Assembly: GCA_026397315.1 (NCBI GenBank)
Contig: JAPLVC010000006.1
Coordinates: 64,001 to 128,000, forward strand
Origin: Candidatus Aenigmatarchaeota archaeon
GTDB taxonomy: Archaea; Aenigmatarchaeota; Aenigmatarchaeia; QMZP01; QMZT01
Reading direction: 5' to 3'
Length of the DNA stretch: 64,000 nucleotides
Shown here: positions 50,606 through 59,673 of the stretch, in pieces
How the letters are laid out: each line of letters opens with the position of its first letter
Position numbering within the stretch: position 1 is the stretch's first letter
Program-made: the position numbers and the translations under genes
The notes under the pieces: generated by a model
Seen by the model: the letters and a program-made list of their open reading frames with translations, nothing else
What the model was told of the DNA's origin: nothing
Databases searched by the model: none

Positions 50606-51034
50606 TTATCCGCTTCCCTTACCCTTTTCCTTCTTGCCCTTGAGAATCTCCGGCAAAGAAACGCCGTTGACTGCTATGACCCTGAACTGCACGCCGTGCA
50701 TCGAACCGATCGCGCCGCCCTGCGATGCTCCCAGTCCCTCTATCAGGACTTCGTCGTGCTCGTCTATGTGCTTTATGGAGCCGGTCTTCGGCGTGAAAGC
50801 CGTTACCTGGATGCCGTTCTTTATGAGCTGGCACCTGACGGCCTTGATTATGCCCGAGTGCGGCTGCTTTTGCTCTATGCCTTTCTTCTTGAGGACCAGA
50901 GCACGTCCCATGGGCGCTCCCTTGAGCGGGCCTTTCCTCCATAGCTGCAAAAGCTTGCGCTTTTTGTGGTCAGCCTTCCATCTAAAGCGCTTCCTTTTCT
51001 TCTTCAGATTCCTTGCAGCGAATGTGCCTGGCAT
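50606..51034 (-). CDS. rps12: 30S ribosomal protein S12 (divergent)
   Basis: QLIKNG.QVTAF, IDEHDEVLIEG, NGVSL; located between nusA and rps7. Confidence 0.95.
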   Translation of the reverse strand: MPGTFAARNLKKKRKRFRWKADHKKRKLLQLWRKGPLKGAPMGRALVLKKKGIEQKQPHSGIIKAVRCQLIKNGIQVTAFTPKTGSIKHIDEHDEVLIEGLGASQGGAIGSMHGVQFRVIAVNGVSLPEILKGKKEKGKGSG

Positions 51035-51062
51035 AGTTATCACGTATTAATCCTTAGATATA

Positions 51063-51467
51063 TTATTTGAGCCTTAAATTCTTGATGTCGAAGTGCCTGT
51101 CTAGGAACAGCCTTATGATCTTGATGTTCTTGCCGCTTTTGCCTATGACAGCCGACCTATCCGACGCAGGGACGGAAACCGTCACTACGCCGTTGCTTAT
51201 GTCAAGCGAGTTTATGTTTGGTATGAGACTCCTGACGAGCTTCTCGGGTGTGTCTGCGTATTCGAATATCTTGACCTTCTTGCCGAGCGTTCCTGATATG
51301 TTTTTTATGTTCGCTCCGTTCCTGCCTATGGCAAGACCCATCTTGCCGGGCTCTATCAGGAAATATACAGTGTCGTCGTCCACGATGCAGTCCTTTACGT
51401 GCACGCCTATTAGGCGCTCGAAAGTTCCGACTATGCGCACGTCTTCGGTTGTAAGTTTTATGGTCAT
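51063..51467 (-). CDS. nusA: NusA-like KH-domain transcription factor
   Basis: GLAIGRNGANIK, VIGKSGKNIK. Confidence 0.93.
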   Translation of the reverse strand: MTIKLTTEDVRIVGTFERLIGVHVKDCIVDDDTVYFLIEPGKMGLAIGRNGANIKNISGTLGKKVKIFEYADTPEKLVRSLIPNINSLDISNGVVTVSVPASDRSAVIGKSGKNIKIIRLFLDRHFDIKNLRLK

Positions 51468-51477
51468 GTGTGTCAGC

Positions 51478-51741
51478 TCACTTTTTCACGCCGAGCAGCA
51501 TTATATTGAATGGCTTTCCGCAGATTTCTCCGAGCTGCCTCGAATTGCCAGTGAACTTCTTTACCTCAAGGCCGAAGTTCCTGTTGTAGTAATCCAGATC
51601 GCTTCTGACTTCCTGGCTGCAGTTCTCGGGGCAGATGACGTATTTTATCGCCTCGTCCTTTATGCCCTTCATGACCATCCTGGTGCCGATTATCAGTTTC
51701 TCTTCCCTCATCGCTTCCTTGACTTCTTTATCTATGGTCAT
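51478..51741 (-). CDS. rpl30e: 50S ribosomal protein L30e
   Basis: IIGTRMVMK, GNSRQLGEICGKPF. Confidence 0.92.
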   Translation of the reverse strand: MTIDKEVKEAMREEKLIIGTRMVMKGIKDEAIKYVICPENCSQEVRSDLDYYNRNFGLEVKKFTGNSRQLGEICGKPFNIMLLGVKK

Positions 51742-51757
51742 ACGATCACATGCAACA

Positions 51758-52144
51758 TCAATATATGAATCCCAGCAGCGCGCCGCCGACGCCTTCCTTT
51801 TTCGCGGTCCTGTGGTCCAGCAAACCCTTGGACGTGGTTATGAAAAGTATGCCTACGCTCACCGAAGGCAGGTATCTCTTCTCCCACGTTATGAATTCCT
51901 GCTTGTTTATGTAGAACCTTGGCCTTATGGAGCCGCAGTCGTTTATCCTGCCGAGCAGCTCTATCTTGAAATGCCCGCTCTTACCGTCGTCCATGAACTC
52001 GAATGAGCCGATGTATTTGTTCTTCTGCATTATCTTGAGTATGTCCTTCACTATCTTTGAGCTCGGGACTATGCACTCCTTCAGGCCAATCATCTCCGCG
52101 TTCTTTACGATGGCAAAAATGTCGGATAAAGTATCATGTCTCAT
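51758..52144 (-). CDS. rps8: 30S ribosomal protein S8
   Basis: GRINDCGSIRPR, WEKRYLP, TTSKGLLDH, GGALLGFIY. Confidence 0.95.
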   Translation of the reverse strand: MRHDTLSDIFAIVKNAEMIGLKECIVPSSKIVKDILKIMQKNKYIGSFEFMDDGKSGHFKIELLGRINDCGSIRPRFYINKQEFITWEKRYLPSVSVGILFITTSKGLLDHRTAKKEGVGGALLGFIY

Positions 52145-52155
52145 AATCAAACCTC

Positions 52156-52377
52156 TTACTGGTATTTTTCAAAGCCAAGCTCCCTGGCAATCTCCCTGAA
52201 GCACTGCCTGCAGTAGCTGAGGCCGTACTTGTGCACGACTCCTTCAGTCTTCCCGCAGCGCCTGCATGGCTTTACAGCCTTGCCGAATTTTCTGGGTTTT
52301 GAACTGTTGAACTTCATGAACCTCGCCAGCTTTACTGGTTTCGCTTCAATCTGTTTCTTGGCATTTTCGAAACTCAT
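52156..52377 (-). CDS. rps14: 30S ribosomal protein S14
   Basis: CRRCG...[13 protein letters not shown]. Confidence 0.95.
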   Translation of the reverse strand: MSFENAKKQIEAKPVKLARFMKFNSSKPRKFGKAVKPCRRCGKTEGVVHKYGLSYCRQCFREIARELGFEKYQ

Positions 52378-52399
52378 ATGAACACCTTTTGAATATGAC

Positions 52400-52918
52400 T
52401 TATTCCTCCACCGTCGTTGTTATCTTCACGTTGAACTCTTTCTGGACCCATTCCTTCGCCTCTTCCGGAGTGATTCTGTGAGCCTTGCCTATCTTGCTCG
52501 GACGGATTTTTTTCCTGCTCACCCTGTATCCTGGCCTTGTAAGAGTGGCGCAGACATCCATGCCCATTATGCCTATCTCCGGGTCGTATTTGATGCCCGG
52601 GAGGTCTATGTATTCCTTTATGCCGAATGAAAAGTTGCCGTGCTTGTCAAACTGCGTCGGCTTGATTTTATTCTCGATTGCCTTGAGTGCGTTGATGAGG
52701 AACGTTCTCGCCTTCTCGCCGCGCATCGTGGTCTTGACTCCTATGGGTTTGTTCTTGGCACCGCCGAAAGTCGAGCGTTTATGAGTGGTAGTTATAACGA
52801 TTTTCGTGCCTGAGAGTTTTTCGATGAGCCTTTTCGCCATCTCCAGCTTCGGGCCTGCTTCTCCTGCGCCTATGTTAATCGTGATCTTCTCCAGCCGGAT
52901 TTCTCTCATGGGATTCAT
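52400..52918 (-). CDS. rpl5: 50S ribosomal protein L5
   Basis: [39 protein letters not shown]. Confidence 0.96.
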   Translation of the reverse strand: MNPMREIRLEKITINIGAGEAGPKLEMAKRLIEKLSGTKIVITTTHKRSTFGGAKNKPIGVKTTMRGEKARTFLINALKAIENKIKPTQFDKHGNFSFGIKEYIDLPGIKYDPEIGIMGMDVCATLTRPGYRVSRKKIRPSKIGKAHRITPEEAKEWVQKEFNVKITTTVEE

Positions 52919-53592
52919 TTGAGCTCACCAACAAGCAAATATTCTTTTACGGTTTCTATATCGCCATCTTTCGTTTCCAGCACTATTCTGTTCCTGCCTA
53001 TCATGGTCTTGCGGTCGAATATTTCCTTGACCTTGCCATGCAGGCCTATGTTTTTGCCGGACATAATCATGGCGGATGAATTTTTCTCGAACTTGAAGTG
53101 CTGCAGGATTTTCTGGCTCGGCAGTTCTATGAGCAACGAATCATTCGTCCTGAACTCGTTCTTGTCGGTCAGGATATTCCTGCCGTCGTGCAGGTTCAGC
53201 TGGAAGTTCCCGCCCTTCACTATTTTCTTGTCCTGTATCCTGCAGAGTTTTTTGTCAGCCTCTTCAGCTTTTATGTCGTTGAGAAAAAGGCCGCTCTTGT
53301 TGACCATGACCCTGTAATGCTTGTCTATGCTCGGTATCTCGACGATGTCCATCAAGCCGACCGGGTAATTCGGATCCTTCCTGACTTTCTTGTCGACGAG
53401 AATCTCGCCTTTCTTTATGACCATCGACGCCTCTTTTGCGTTCCTGCAGACCTTGAGGACGTCCCTCAGGACGACCAGAAGCGGTATGCACTCAAGCTTT
53501 TTGTGAGGCCCCGGTCTGGGAGCTATGACGAACTTGCGCTCCTTTTTTGACATGTGCCAGTATTTCGGCATCGAGTATCTCTTGAGATGCAT
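52915..53592 (-). CDS. rps4e: 30S ribosomal protein S4e
   Basis: HLKRYSMP, PRPGPHK, PVGLMD, LHDGRN. Confidence 0.96.
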   Translation of the reverse strand: MHLKRYSMPKYWHMSKKERKFVIAPRPGPHKKLECIPLLVVLRDVLKVCRNAKEASMVIKKGEILVDKKVRKDPNYPVGLMDIVEIPSIDKHYRVMVNKSGLFLNDIKAEEADKKLCRIQDKKIVKGGNFQLNLHDGRNILTDKNEFRTNDSLLIELPSQKILQHFKFEKNSSAMIMSGKNIGLHGKVKEIFDRKTMIGRNRIVLETKDGDIETVKEYLLVGELK

Positions 53593-53594
53593 AA

Positions 53595-54038
53595 TCATTC
53601 ACCCTTCGCTTTATCCGTGTCTTTTACTGCCTTTGTTTTTTCAGCCTTGTTATTTGGCCTCGAGCGCTCCACAATCATCTGCCTTCTCTTGTCGTCCATC
53701 TTGGGATCGACCAGCAGGATGTTGGACGGATGAACAGATTTCATGATTTCGGAGCCGTCGACTTTCTTGACAGTGTGGCCTTCTATGTAAATCTTGCTGT
53801 GTTTCAGGTCAACCCTGTCGACCTTGCCCTTGTGACCAGCGTTGGAGCCGCGCATTATCTTTACCTCGTCTCCTTTCCTGATAGGAAGCGAACGCTTGCC
53901 GAACCTGTTTCTCAGTGCTTCGGAAAGATGGGCCGAGACGAATTTCTGCCTGATGTGCAGGGGAGCGTTGTACACATATTTCCTCTGCTTCCTCGGCTGC
54001 GTGCTCGAGACCCACTTGTTTGACCATGCTTTTTTCAT
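53595..54038 (-). CDS. rpl24: 50S ribosomal protein L24
   Basis: QPRKQRK..YNAPLH, IRKGDEVKIMRG, HPSN. Confidence 0.96.
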   Translation of the reverse strand: MKKAWSNKWVSSTQPRKQRKYVYNAPLHIRQKFVSAHLSEALRNRFGKRSLPIRKGDEVKIMRGSNAGHKGKVDRVDLKHSKIYIEGHTVKKVDGSEIMKSVHPSNILLVDPKMDDKRRQMIVERSRPNNKAEKTKAVKDTDKAKGE

Positions 54039-54039
54039 A

Positions 54040-54438
54040 TCATACCACTATCGTTGCGATTTTGCCGACGGACGGGAAGCGCTCGACCGCTTCTTTAGCG
54101 ACCGGTCCCTTTATCTGCGTTCCCTTCGGCTCGCCTTTATCGTCAATTATGACCGCGGCGTTGTCCTCGAACTGGATGCGTATGCCGTCTGCCCTAGCGA
54201 ACTCCCTTCGCTGGCGGATAATGACAGCTCTGAAGACCTGATGACGGACCTTTTCATCGCCGCTGTAAACCCTGCAGAAGATGAGGTTTCCTACGCCGGC
54301 TTTCGGGCGCATCCTTCTGCGGCCCTTGTAGCCACTGGCTGCTATCATTTCCAAAATCTTAGCTCCGCTGTTGTCAGCGCATTTGAGCTGCGTCTTCGTG
54401 AAGACGCCGTAAGTCATCTTGGATGTTAAGCCTTTCAT
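54040..54438 (-). CDS. rpl14: 50S ribosomal protein L14
   Basis: CADNSGAK, FEDNAAVI, GPVAKE. Confidence 0.97.
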   Translation of the reverse strand: MKGLTSKMTYGVFTKTQLKCADNSGAKILEMIAASGYKGRRRMRPKAGVGNLIFCRVYSGDEKVRHQVFRAVIIRQRREFARADGIRIQFEDNAAVIIDDKGEPKGTQIKGPVAKEAVERFPSVGKIATIVV

Positions 54439-54439
54439 T

Positions 54440-54802
54440 TCATTCCCCTTTCGCTTTCTGCACGTTGACTATGACGAAATTTTTGGTTTTCGAGAGCGGC
54501 CTGCATTCCGCGACCGTGACGAAATCGCCTTCCCTAGCCTTCATGCACGGAGGGTTGTGGGCGACTATGCTGGACCTTCTCCTCTCGAATCTCTGGTATT
54601 TTTTGACGAACCTGTGGTAGCCCCACTCGATGATGGCCGTGTTCTTTGCTTTCGTCGATTTTACCTTGCCTTCGAAAATTCTGCCGCGCACAGGAAGCTT
54701 TCCGTGCCACGCGCACTTTATGTCAGAACATGATTCCTTTGGCTGGGGCAAACCGAGGCCGATATCTCTTTCTTTTGTTTTACCGGACGTCATAATATTC
54801 AC
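54440..54802 (-). CDS. rps17: 30S ribosomal protein S17
   Basis: CAWHG.LPVRGR, KYQRFERRRS, ECRPLSKTK. Confidence 0.96.
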   Translation of the reverse strand: MNIMTSGKTKERDIGLGLPQPKESCSDIKCAWHGKLPVRGRIFEGKVKSTKAKNTAIIEWGYHRFVKKYQRFERRRSSIVAHNPPCMKAREGDFVTVAECRPLSKTKNFVIVNVQKAKGE

Positions 54803-54921
54803 ATAGATGGATGTATTATTTAAATATTATATATTAATAGTTTTGACATATTCTTACAGATTATATAGGTTTATGGATTATACTAATAGCGTGAAATACT
54901 TATAAAGCCACTGGCTCGTGA

Positions 54922-55200
54922 CTACCAAGTCCTGAGCTTCTTTTTTATCCTGTCTTCGGGCCGGCCGACGATGATTCTTCCGTCAACCCTGACCCATGCG
55001 GAGCCTATCTGAAAGGAGAAAATGCCCGTTTCTTTCGCTATCGAAATTTCGCTGCCATCAGCCTTTTCTATGACCAGCATGTTCCTCGTCTCGTTAATCA
55101 CTTTTCCGGCCAGGCCAACCAGTTTCCTGTCGGTATCGCCGACTATTTTTATTTTGAGGCCTATGAGTTCGTGCCTGACCAGGTTTTCCGGGGTTATCAT
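54922..55200 (-). CDS. rnp1: Ribonuclease P protein subunit Rpp29
   Basis: MITPENLVRHELIGL, G.VINETRN, GRPEDRIK. Confidence 0.93.
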   Translation of the reverse strand: MITPENLVRHELIGLKIKIVGDTDRKLVGLAGKVINETRNMLVIEKADGSEISIAKETGIFSFQIGSAWVRVDGRIIVGRPEDRIKKKLRTW

Positions 55201-55262
55201 AAATAGAATATATTCTCCTGTTTGTAAAAAACTTCCTGTCCGTTGTCCCAGCGACTTTGCTA

Positions 55263-55568
55263 TCAGGAGACTTCTATTTTTTCCGTCGGGAAACCGATTC
55301 TTACGAGCAAGTCCTTTATCTTCTTCCTGTGGTCTCCCTGCAGCTCTATGACGCCGTCCTTCAGCGTGCCGCCGCATGCCAGCTTCATTTTAAGCTCTTT
55401 TAGGACGTTCTTTACGTCGACGTCCTTGCTTATGCCCATGACAGTCGTGACGCTCTTGCCGAATCTCTTCTTTATCGAGGATATCCGTATCTTTTCCTCT
55501 TCCTTGGCTATTGTCTGGCATGCGCATATGTCCTTTGGCAGGCCGCAATTGGGGCAAATTTCTGTCAT
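55263..55568 (-). CDS. Translation initiation factor SUI1 (aIF1)
   Basis: CPNCGLPKDIC, LACGGT, IELQGDHR. Confidence 0.94.
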   Translation of the reverse strand: MTEICPNCGLPKDICACQTIAKEEEKIRISSIKKRFGKSVTTVMGISKDVDVKNVLKELKMKLACGGTLKDGVIELQGDHRKKIKDLLVRIGFPTEKIEVS

Positions 55569-55657
55569 TTCCTTAAAACACCCTCCGCTATTGAGAAAAT
55601 GATGCTTTTTGTGTCCGAGAGAATAAGGCCTTTCGCTGAGTTGGAATAAGCCATCAT

Positions 55658-55861
55658 TCATTTCTTCCTTTTCTCTCTTTTAATAGTTTTTATCCTGGCA
55701 AGGGTCCTGCGCACTTCCCTTATCCTGCCGGGCGACGTGACGGATGCACCGATGTGTATGTTGGCGCGCTCCTTCGCGAGTTCGAGGTTAAGGTCCCTCG
55801 TCTGCTTTTCGAGTTCCTTTTCGTCCATTTTCCTGATGTCTTTCGGCCTGAGAATCGCCAT
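55658..55861 (-). CDS. rpl29: 50S ribosomal protein L29
   Basis: MAILRPKDIRKM, PGRIREVRRTLARIKT. Confidence 0.95.
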   Translation of the reverse strand: MAILRPKDIRKMDEKELEKQTRDLNLELAKERANIHIGASVTSPGRIREVRRTLARIKTIKREKRKK

Positions 55862-55866
55862 AAGAA

Positions 55867-56523
55867 TTACTCCTTCGTCGCTTCCTTTTCCTTCGCCTCT
55901 TCCTTGGGTTTTGTCTCGTGCTTTTTCGGCTTTTCTTTTTTCGTCTCCACCTTGTCGGTCGCTAATATCGGCACGGACTTCATTATCTTGACCTTGACGC
56001 CTATCTTGCCGGGCTTGGTCTGCGCTTCCTCGAACGCCGAGTCGACGAGCTCCTTCGCCGGCTGGCCGCAGTGTTTCAGGTAGCCCTGAAGGAACTTGCC
56101 AGTTCTCGATTTCGAGCCGCCCAGCTTGCCGGCTATCACTATCTCGACTCCGACCGCTCCTGCGTCCATGATCCTCTTGAGCATGATGTTGCCGATTTTC
56201 TTGTAGTTGTATCCCTTCTCGAGCGCGGTCGTTATTTTCTTCGCCATGATTTTTGCGTCGAGGTCCGGCCTGTTTATCGACTTGACGTCGACCTGCGGGT
56301 TCTCCAGCTTGAACTCGGCCTTCAGCCTGTCGGTCATCTCGTTTATCTTCCTGCCGCCGGAGCCGATTATCCTGCCCGGTCTGTCCGTGTGGATGATTAT
56401 TTTTATGCCGAGTGGCGTCCGTTCGAGCTCGATTTTCGAGTAGCTCTCCTCCGGGAAGTATTTCTTGATGAACGCCTCTATTCGCATCTTCCTTACAGAG
56501 TAATCCACGAAGAATTTTTTCAT
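55867..56523 (-). CDS. rps3: 30S ribosomal protein S3
   Basis: RTPLG, RPGRIIGSGG, GKLGG, GKIGVKV. Confidence 0.95.
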   Translation of the reverse strand: MKKFFVDYSVRKMRIEAFIKKYFPEESYSKIELERTPLGIKIIIHTDRPGRIIGSGGRKINEMTDRLKAEFKLENPQVDVKSINRPDLDAKIMAKKITTALEKGYNYKKIGNIMLKRIMDAGAVGVEIVIAGKLGGSKSRTGKFLQGYLKHCGQPAKELVDSAFEEAQTKPGKIGVKVKIMKSVPILATDKVETKKEKPKKHETKPKEEAKEKEATKE

Positions 56524-56540
56524 CAACATAACATCATACC

Positions 56541-56924
56541 TTATTTCTGGTGCAGGACAATCTGCACGTTCGTCACCTTTTTCTGCATCCTCTTCATTTT
56601 AGTTCGCCTTGGCCTGTAGAAAGTGAAACCCTGGTGCGCCGAAGCGTAAATAATCATCCTTGTCGTGTCGAGGCCCTTGAACTCGGCGTTCGATTCAGCT
56701 GATTTCAGGAGGCTGAGAATCTCCTTGGTCGTGTTCGTGTAGAACTTACCCTCGAGATTCCGCTTGCCATTCAGCAGGTCATCCAAAAGGCTCTTGCCCT
56801 TGATGAGATTCATGCCGGAAATCACCCTGCAGATTATGACGGAGCTCTTCGTTGAAATCGAGAGCGACCTGCCATAGGCTCTGGCCGACTTCTTCGGATT
56901 CAGTTCAAGAGCGTATTTTAACAT
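56541..56924 (-). CDS. rpl22: 50S ribosomal protein L22 (short)
   Basis: ISTKSS..IC, LLKSAESNAEFKGLD; synteny. Confidence 0.92.
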   Translation of the reverse strand: MLKYALELNPKKSARAYGRSLSISTKSSVIICRVISGMNLIKGKSLLDDLLNGKRNLEGKFYTNTTKEILSLLKSAESNAEFKGLDTTRMIIYASAHQGFTFYRPRRTKMKRMQKKVTNVQIVLHQK

Positions 56925-56935
56925 ACAGTATCACT

Positions 56936-57316
56936 TTACTTGAGCGGCACGAACTTCGAGGATCTAGTCGCGCCGAAACCGGGGGCAGAGTGCTTTACCT
57001 GCTTCCTGGTGGGCGAAAATTCTCCGAGCCTGTGGCCCAGCATGTCCGCCTTCATCTCGAGTATCACGTACTCGCGTCCGTTGTAAACGCCTATCTTTAC
57101 GCCTACCATTTCAGGCAGTATGAGCATGTCCCTTTCGTGGGTGCGGTGGAATTTCTTGGGGTTCTTCCTTATCTTCTCGAGCAGCTTCTTCTGCTTCTCG
57201 GTCATTCCCCTCTTAAGACTTCGTCTTTGTCTCGACTTCAGCAGGTTGCTGAACTCTTCCATGTTGAGCTTGCTTATGTCTTCGAATTTTTTCCCGCGGA
57301 ATTCAAATTTCGCCAT
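56936..57316 (-). CDS. rps19: 30S ribosomal protein S19
   Basis: RTHERDMLILPEMVG, GHRLGEFSPTRK, GATRSS. Confidence 0.96.
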   Translation of the reverse strand: MAKFEFRGKKFEDISKLNMEEFSNLLKSRQRRSLKRGMTEKQKKLLEKIRKNPKKFHRTHERDMLILPEMVGVKIGVYNGREYVILEMKADMLGHRLGEFSPTRKQVKHSAPGFGATRSSKFVPLK

Positions 57317-57349
57317 ACAGCATCACATTAAGTTATCCTTATTCTACTT

Positions 57350-58024
57350 TTATATCTTACCTTTCCTGCGGCCCGTTCTCCTCGCGCCCCATGCACCGAC
57401 CTTTTGTCCCGGTGGAGCGTGCCTGCTGACAGTCTTGGGCCTTCCCGGCCTGGTGGCGCCTCCGAACGGGTGGCACAGCGGAGTCATGGCGCCTCCTGAT
57501 GTTCGCGGATACTTTTTGCCGCGCGTGCGCATGGCCTTGAATCTCTTGCCTGCCTTCAGCCACGGCTTGTCTTTAAGGCCATCGCCTGCCGGCGTTCCGA
57601 TGCTTGCCCTGCAGTTTAGGTCGAATTCTTTAGTCTTTTTCGAAGGCAACTGGACAATGCATCTGTCTTTCGCCTTCGTGAGAAGGATTGCGAACGTCCC
57701 CGGCGTGTTGCAGAGTTTCGGTCCGGAGTGCGGGAACAGCTCGATGCCGAATATCTGGGAACCCAATGGAATGCTGGAAAGCGTCTGGATGTAGTTGGTT
57801 GTGCTGTCGCCGACCTTTATGCCATGGGGTGCGATAAGGTAGCTTATTTTACCGTCCGAATACTTGACTTTCGCGACGGGCGCGTTTCTCCCGGGGTCGT
57901 CGACTATGTCGATGACATTACCGCCGAAGTTCCTGTATTCAACGTTTATCCACTTGCCTCTCCTGGGGACCCTGTAAGTAGGCGTTCCCCGTCCCTTTCT
58001 TTGCGACCTTATCCTTTTTCCCAT
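57350..58024 (-). CDS. rpl2: 50S ribosomal protein L2
   Basis: MGKRIRSQRKG, DPGRNAPVA, HPFGG, APPGQKVG. Confidence 0.96.
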   Translation of the reverse strand: MGKRIRSQRKGRGTPTYRVPRRGKWINVEYRNFGGNVIDIVDDPGRNAPVAKVKYSDGKISYLIAPHGIKVGDSTTNYIQTLSSIPLGSQIFGIELFPHSGPKLCNTPGTFAILLTKAKDRCIVQLPSKKTKEFDLNCRASIGTPAGDGLKDKPWLKAGKRFKAMRTRGKKYPRTSGGAMTPLCHPFGGATRPGRPKTVSRHAPPGQKVGAWGARRTGRRKGKI

Positions 58025-58040
58025 GTTAAACCAACATAAT

Positions 58041-58385
58041 TTATATCATGCCAAGCTTTGAGGCGATGTCCGCCGCCGAGAACTCGGGGCTTATCTTGAT
58101 ATACGCCTTCTTCTGGCCGCGGGTCGTTATCTCCGTCTTGACCCACTTGACCTTGACGCCGAACTCGCTTTCTACCGCTTCTTTTATCTCCTTCTTGTCG
58201 GCGTCTTTGCTGACTATGAAAACAAGCTTGTTCTCAAGCTCGACCATGTTCATGGATTTTTCCGTAAGGTGCGGGTAGCTTATGATTGACCACGCATCCT
58301 TCGTCTTTGGTGATGGCTTTGCTTTCTCAACTTTAATATCCCTTTCTTCCTTTTTCGGTTTAGCAGCTTTACTTTGCTCTGCCAT
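58041..58385 (-). CDS. rpl23: 50S ribosomal protein L23
   Basis: PHLTEKSM, NKLVFIV, KKAYIK. Confidence 0.95.
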   Translation of the reverse strand: MAEQSKAAKPKKEERDIKVEKAKPSPKTKDAWSIISYPHLTEKSMNMVELENKLVFIVSKDADKKEIKEAVESEFGVKVKWVKTEITTRGQKKAYIKISPEFSAADIASKLGMI

Positions 58386-59184
58386 GGACACCAAGCTCCT
58401 TCATTTCGTTTATGGCTGATTTCGTGTAAATAGCAAACCGTCCGGGCACAGTTCCTGGAGCGAGCATGCTGACTTTAAGATCCTTCGCCAGCGAGACGTC
58501 GACTCCCCGGATGTTGCTTATCGCCTTCATAACGCCTTCGTCCTTCCCTATGATTATGACCGGGCCTTTCTTGCCCCTGTAGCGTCGGCCGCGCATCTTG
58601 CCCCTGCCGGCGCGCACCTTCTTTTGAGAGCATCGCGTCAGCTCCTGTGCAAGGCCAAGCTTCATAAGAATCGCGACGACTTCGGACGTCTTGTTTATCT
58701 TCTGGAAATCATCTTCTATAACGATGGGAACGTGCTTCGCTTCGGTTATTATGTGGCCTCTCTGCGTGACCAGCTCCTTTACGAGCGTCGCGGAGAGCGC
58801 GGACATGAGCGCTTTCATGTGCTCTTTCTGGTTCATCTTCATCGCCCAGACTCTCTCGATTTTCGGCGGGTGAGCTCTTCGTCCCTTTCGGGTGCGCGGG
58901 TTGAACCTTGCCGTCATGTTAAGATTACCCTGGCTGTGGATTCTTTTCTGCCTGGCCATTTCCCTGTTCATCTGCGAGTAGCGCGAATGCCTCATGCCGT
59001 GGTAATGCGCAGAAGTGCGATGGCCTGCAAGCGGGTCGCTCGCATATGGTTGACGCGTTTTGCTCGCTTCGACGACGACAGCTTTCTGAATAAGGTCTTT
59101 GCGCACTTTTTCGTCGAAAGCCTTGGGTAAGGAAATCTTTTCTTTCTCCTTCCCTGCCATGTCGAATACGGGCAACGTGTGCAT
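58369..59184 (-). CDS. rpl4: 50S ribosomal protein L4
   Basis: GRRAHPPK, RAGRGKMRGRRY, LAPG. Confidence 0.95.
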   Translation of the reverse strand: MHTLPVFDMAGKEKEKISLPKAFDEKVRKDLIQKAVVVEASKTRQPYASDPLAGHRTSAHYHGMRHSRYSQMNREMARQKRIHSQGNLNMTARFNPRTRKGRRAHPPKIERVWAMKMNQKEHMKALMSALSATLVKELVTQRGHIITEAKHVPIVIEDDFQKINKTSEVVAILMKLGLAQELTRCSQKKVRAGRGKMRGRRYRGKKGPVIIIGKDEGVMKAISNIRGVDVSLAKDLKVSMLAPGTVPGRFAIYTKSAINEMKELGVHGRAK

Positions 59185-59271
59185 AAAGCGTCTCTTATTT
59201 TATTATTATCCTATATATACGGTCAATGTAATGACACTTATTTATGTTAAACTAATTTAAATATATATAGT

Positions 59272-59341
59272 AAGCTCTTTTCAGGAAAGAGCTTAAGCAG
59301 AAAGGAGCATCGCTCCACTGCGTTTCGCTCGCTTCCTGGTG
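59272..59341 (+). repeat. Free-standing copy of the ~70-nt palindromic element that forms the tRNA-Pro intron
   Basis: AAGCTCTTTTCAGGAAAGAGCTTAAGCAGAAAGGAGC...CGCTTCC; 58/70 ungapped identity to the intron by manual count. Confidence 0.88.
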
Positions 59342-59404
59342 TCCAAAATCCGTCTTAAAGGCGGTGTTGGCAAAATGGTTTAAGGAAGCCGATATATAAA
59401 CCTT

Positions 59405-59641
59405 GTGGTTACCTTGGCGTTCAAGAAAGACGAGATTCATGTGAAGGAGCTGAGCAGGAAGACCAAGGTCATCGTCGCGTTCCTGTGTTTTGCAGCTATC
59501 CTGCTGCTTGTTTACCTGACCGTATATGCATATAACAACGTGAGCCCGTTCATTGCCCTGCTGCTGATGCTGGTCCTGCTCATAGTGGCGGTGGTGGCGA
59601 TTTTCGCGCTCGACGTCGCTCTTTACAGGGAAATATCGTAA
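59405..59641 (+). CDS. Small 2-TM hypothetical protein
   Basis: Hydrophobic ORF; start uncertain. Confidence 0.55.
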   Translation: MVTLAFKKDEIHVKELSRKTKVIVAFLCFAAILLLVYLTVYAYNNVSPFIALLLMLVLLIVAVVAIFALDVALYREIS

Positions 59642-59673
59642 TCAGGAAAAAGAAGATTCAGACCTGTTTCTGC

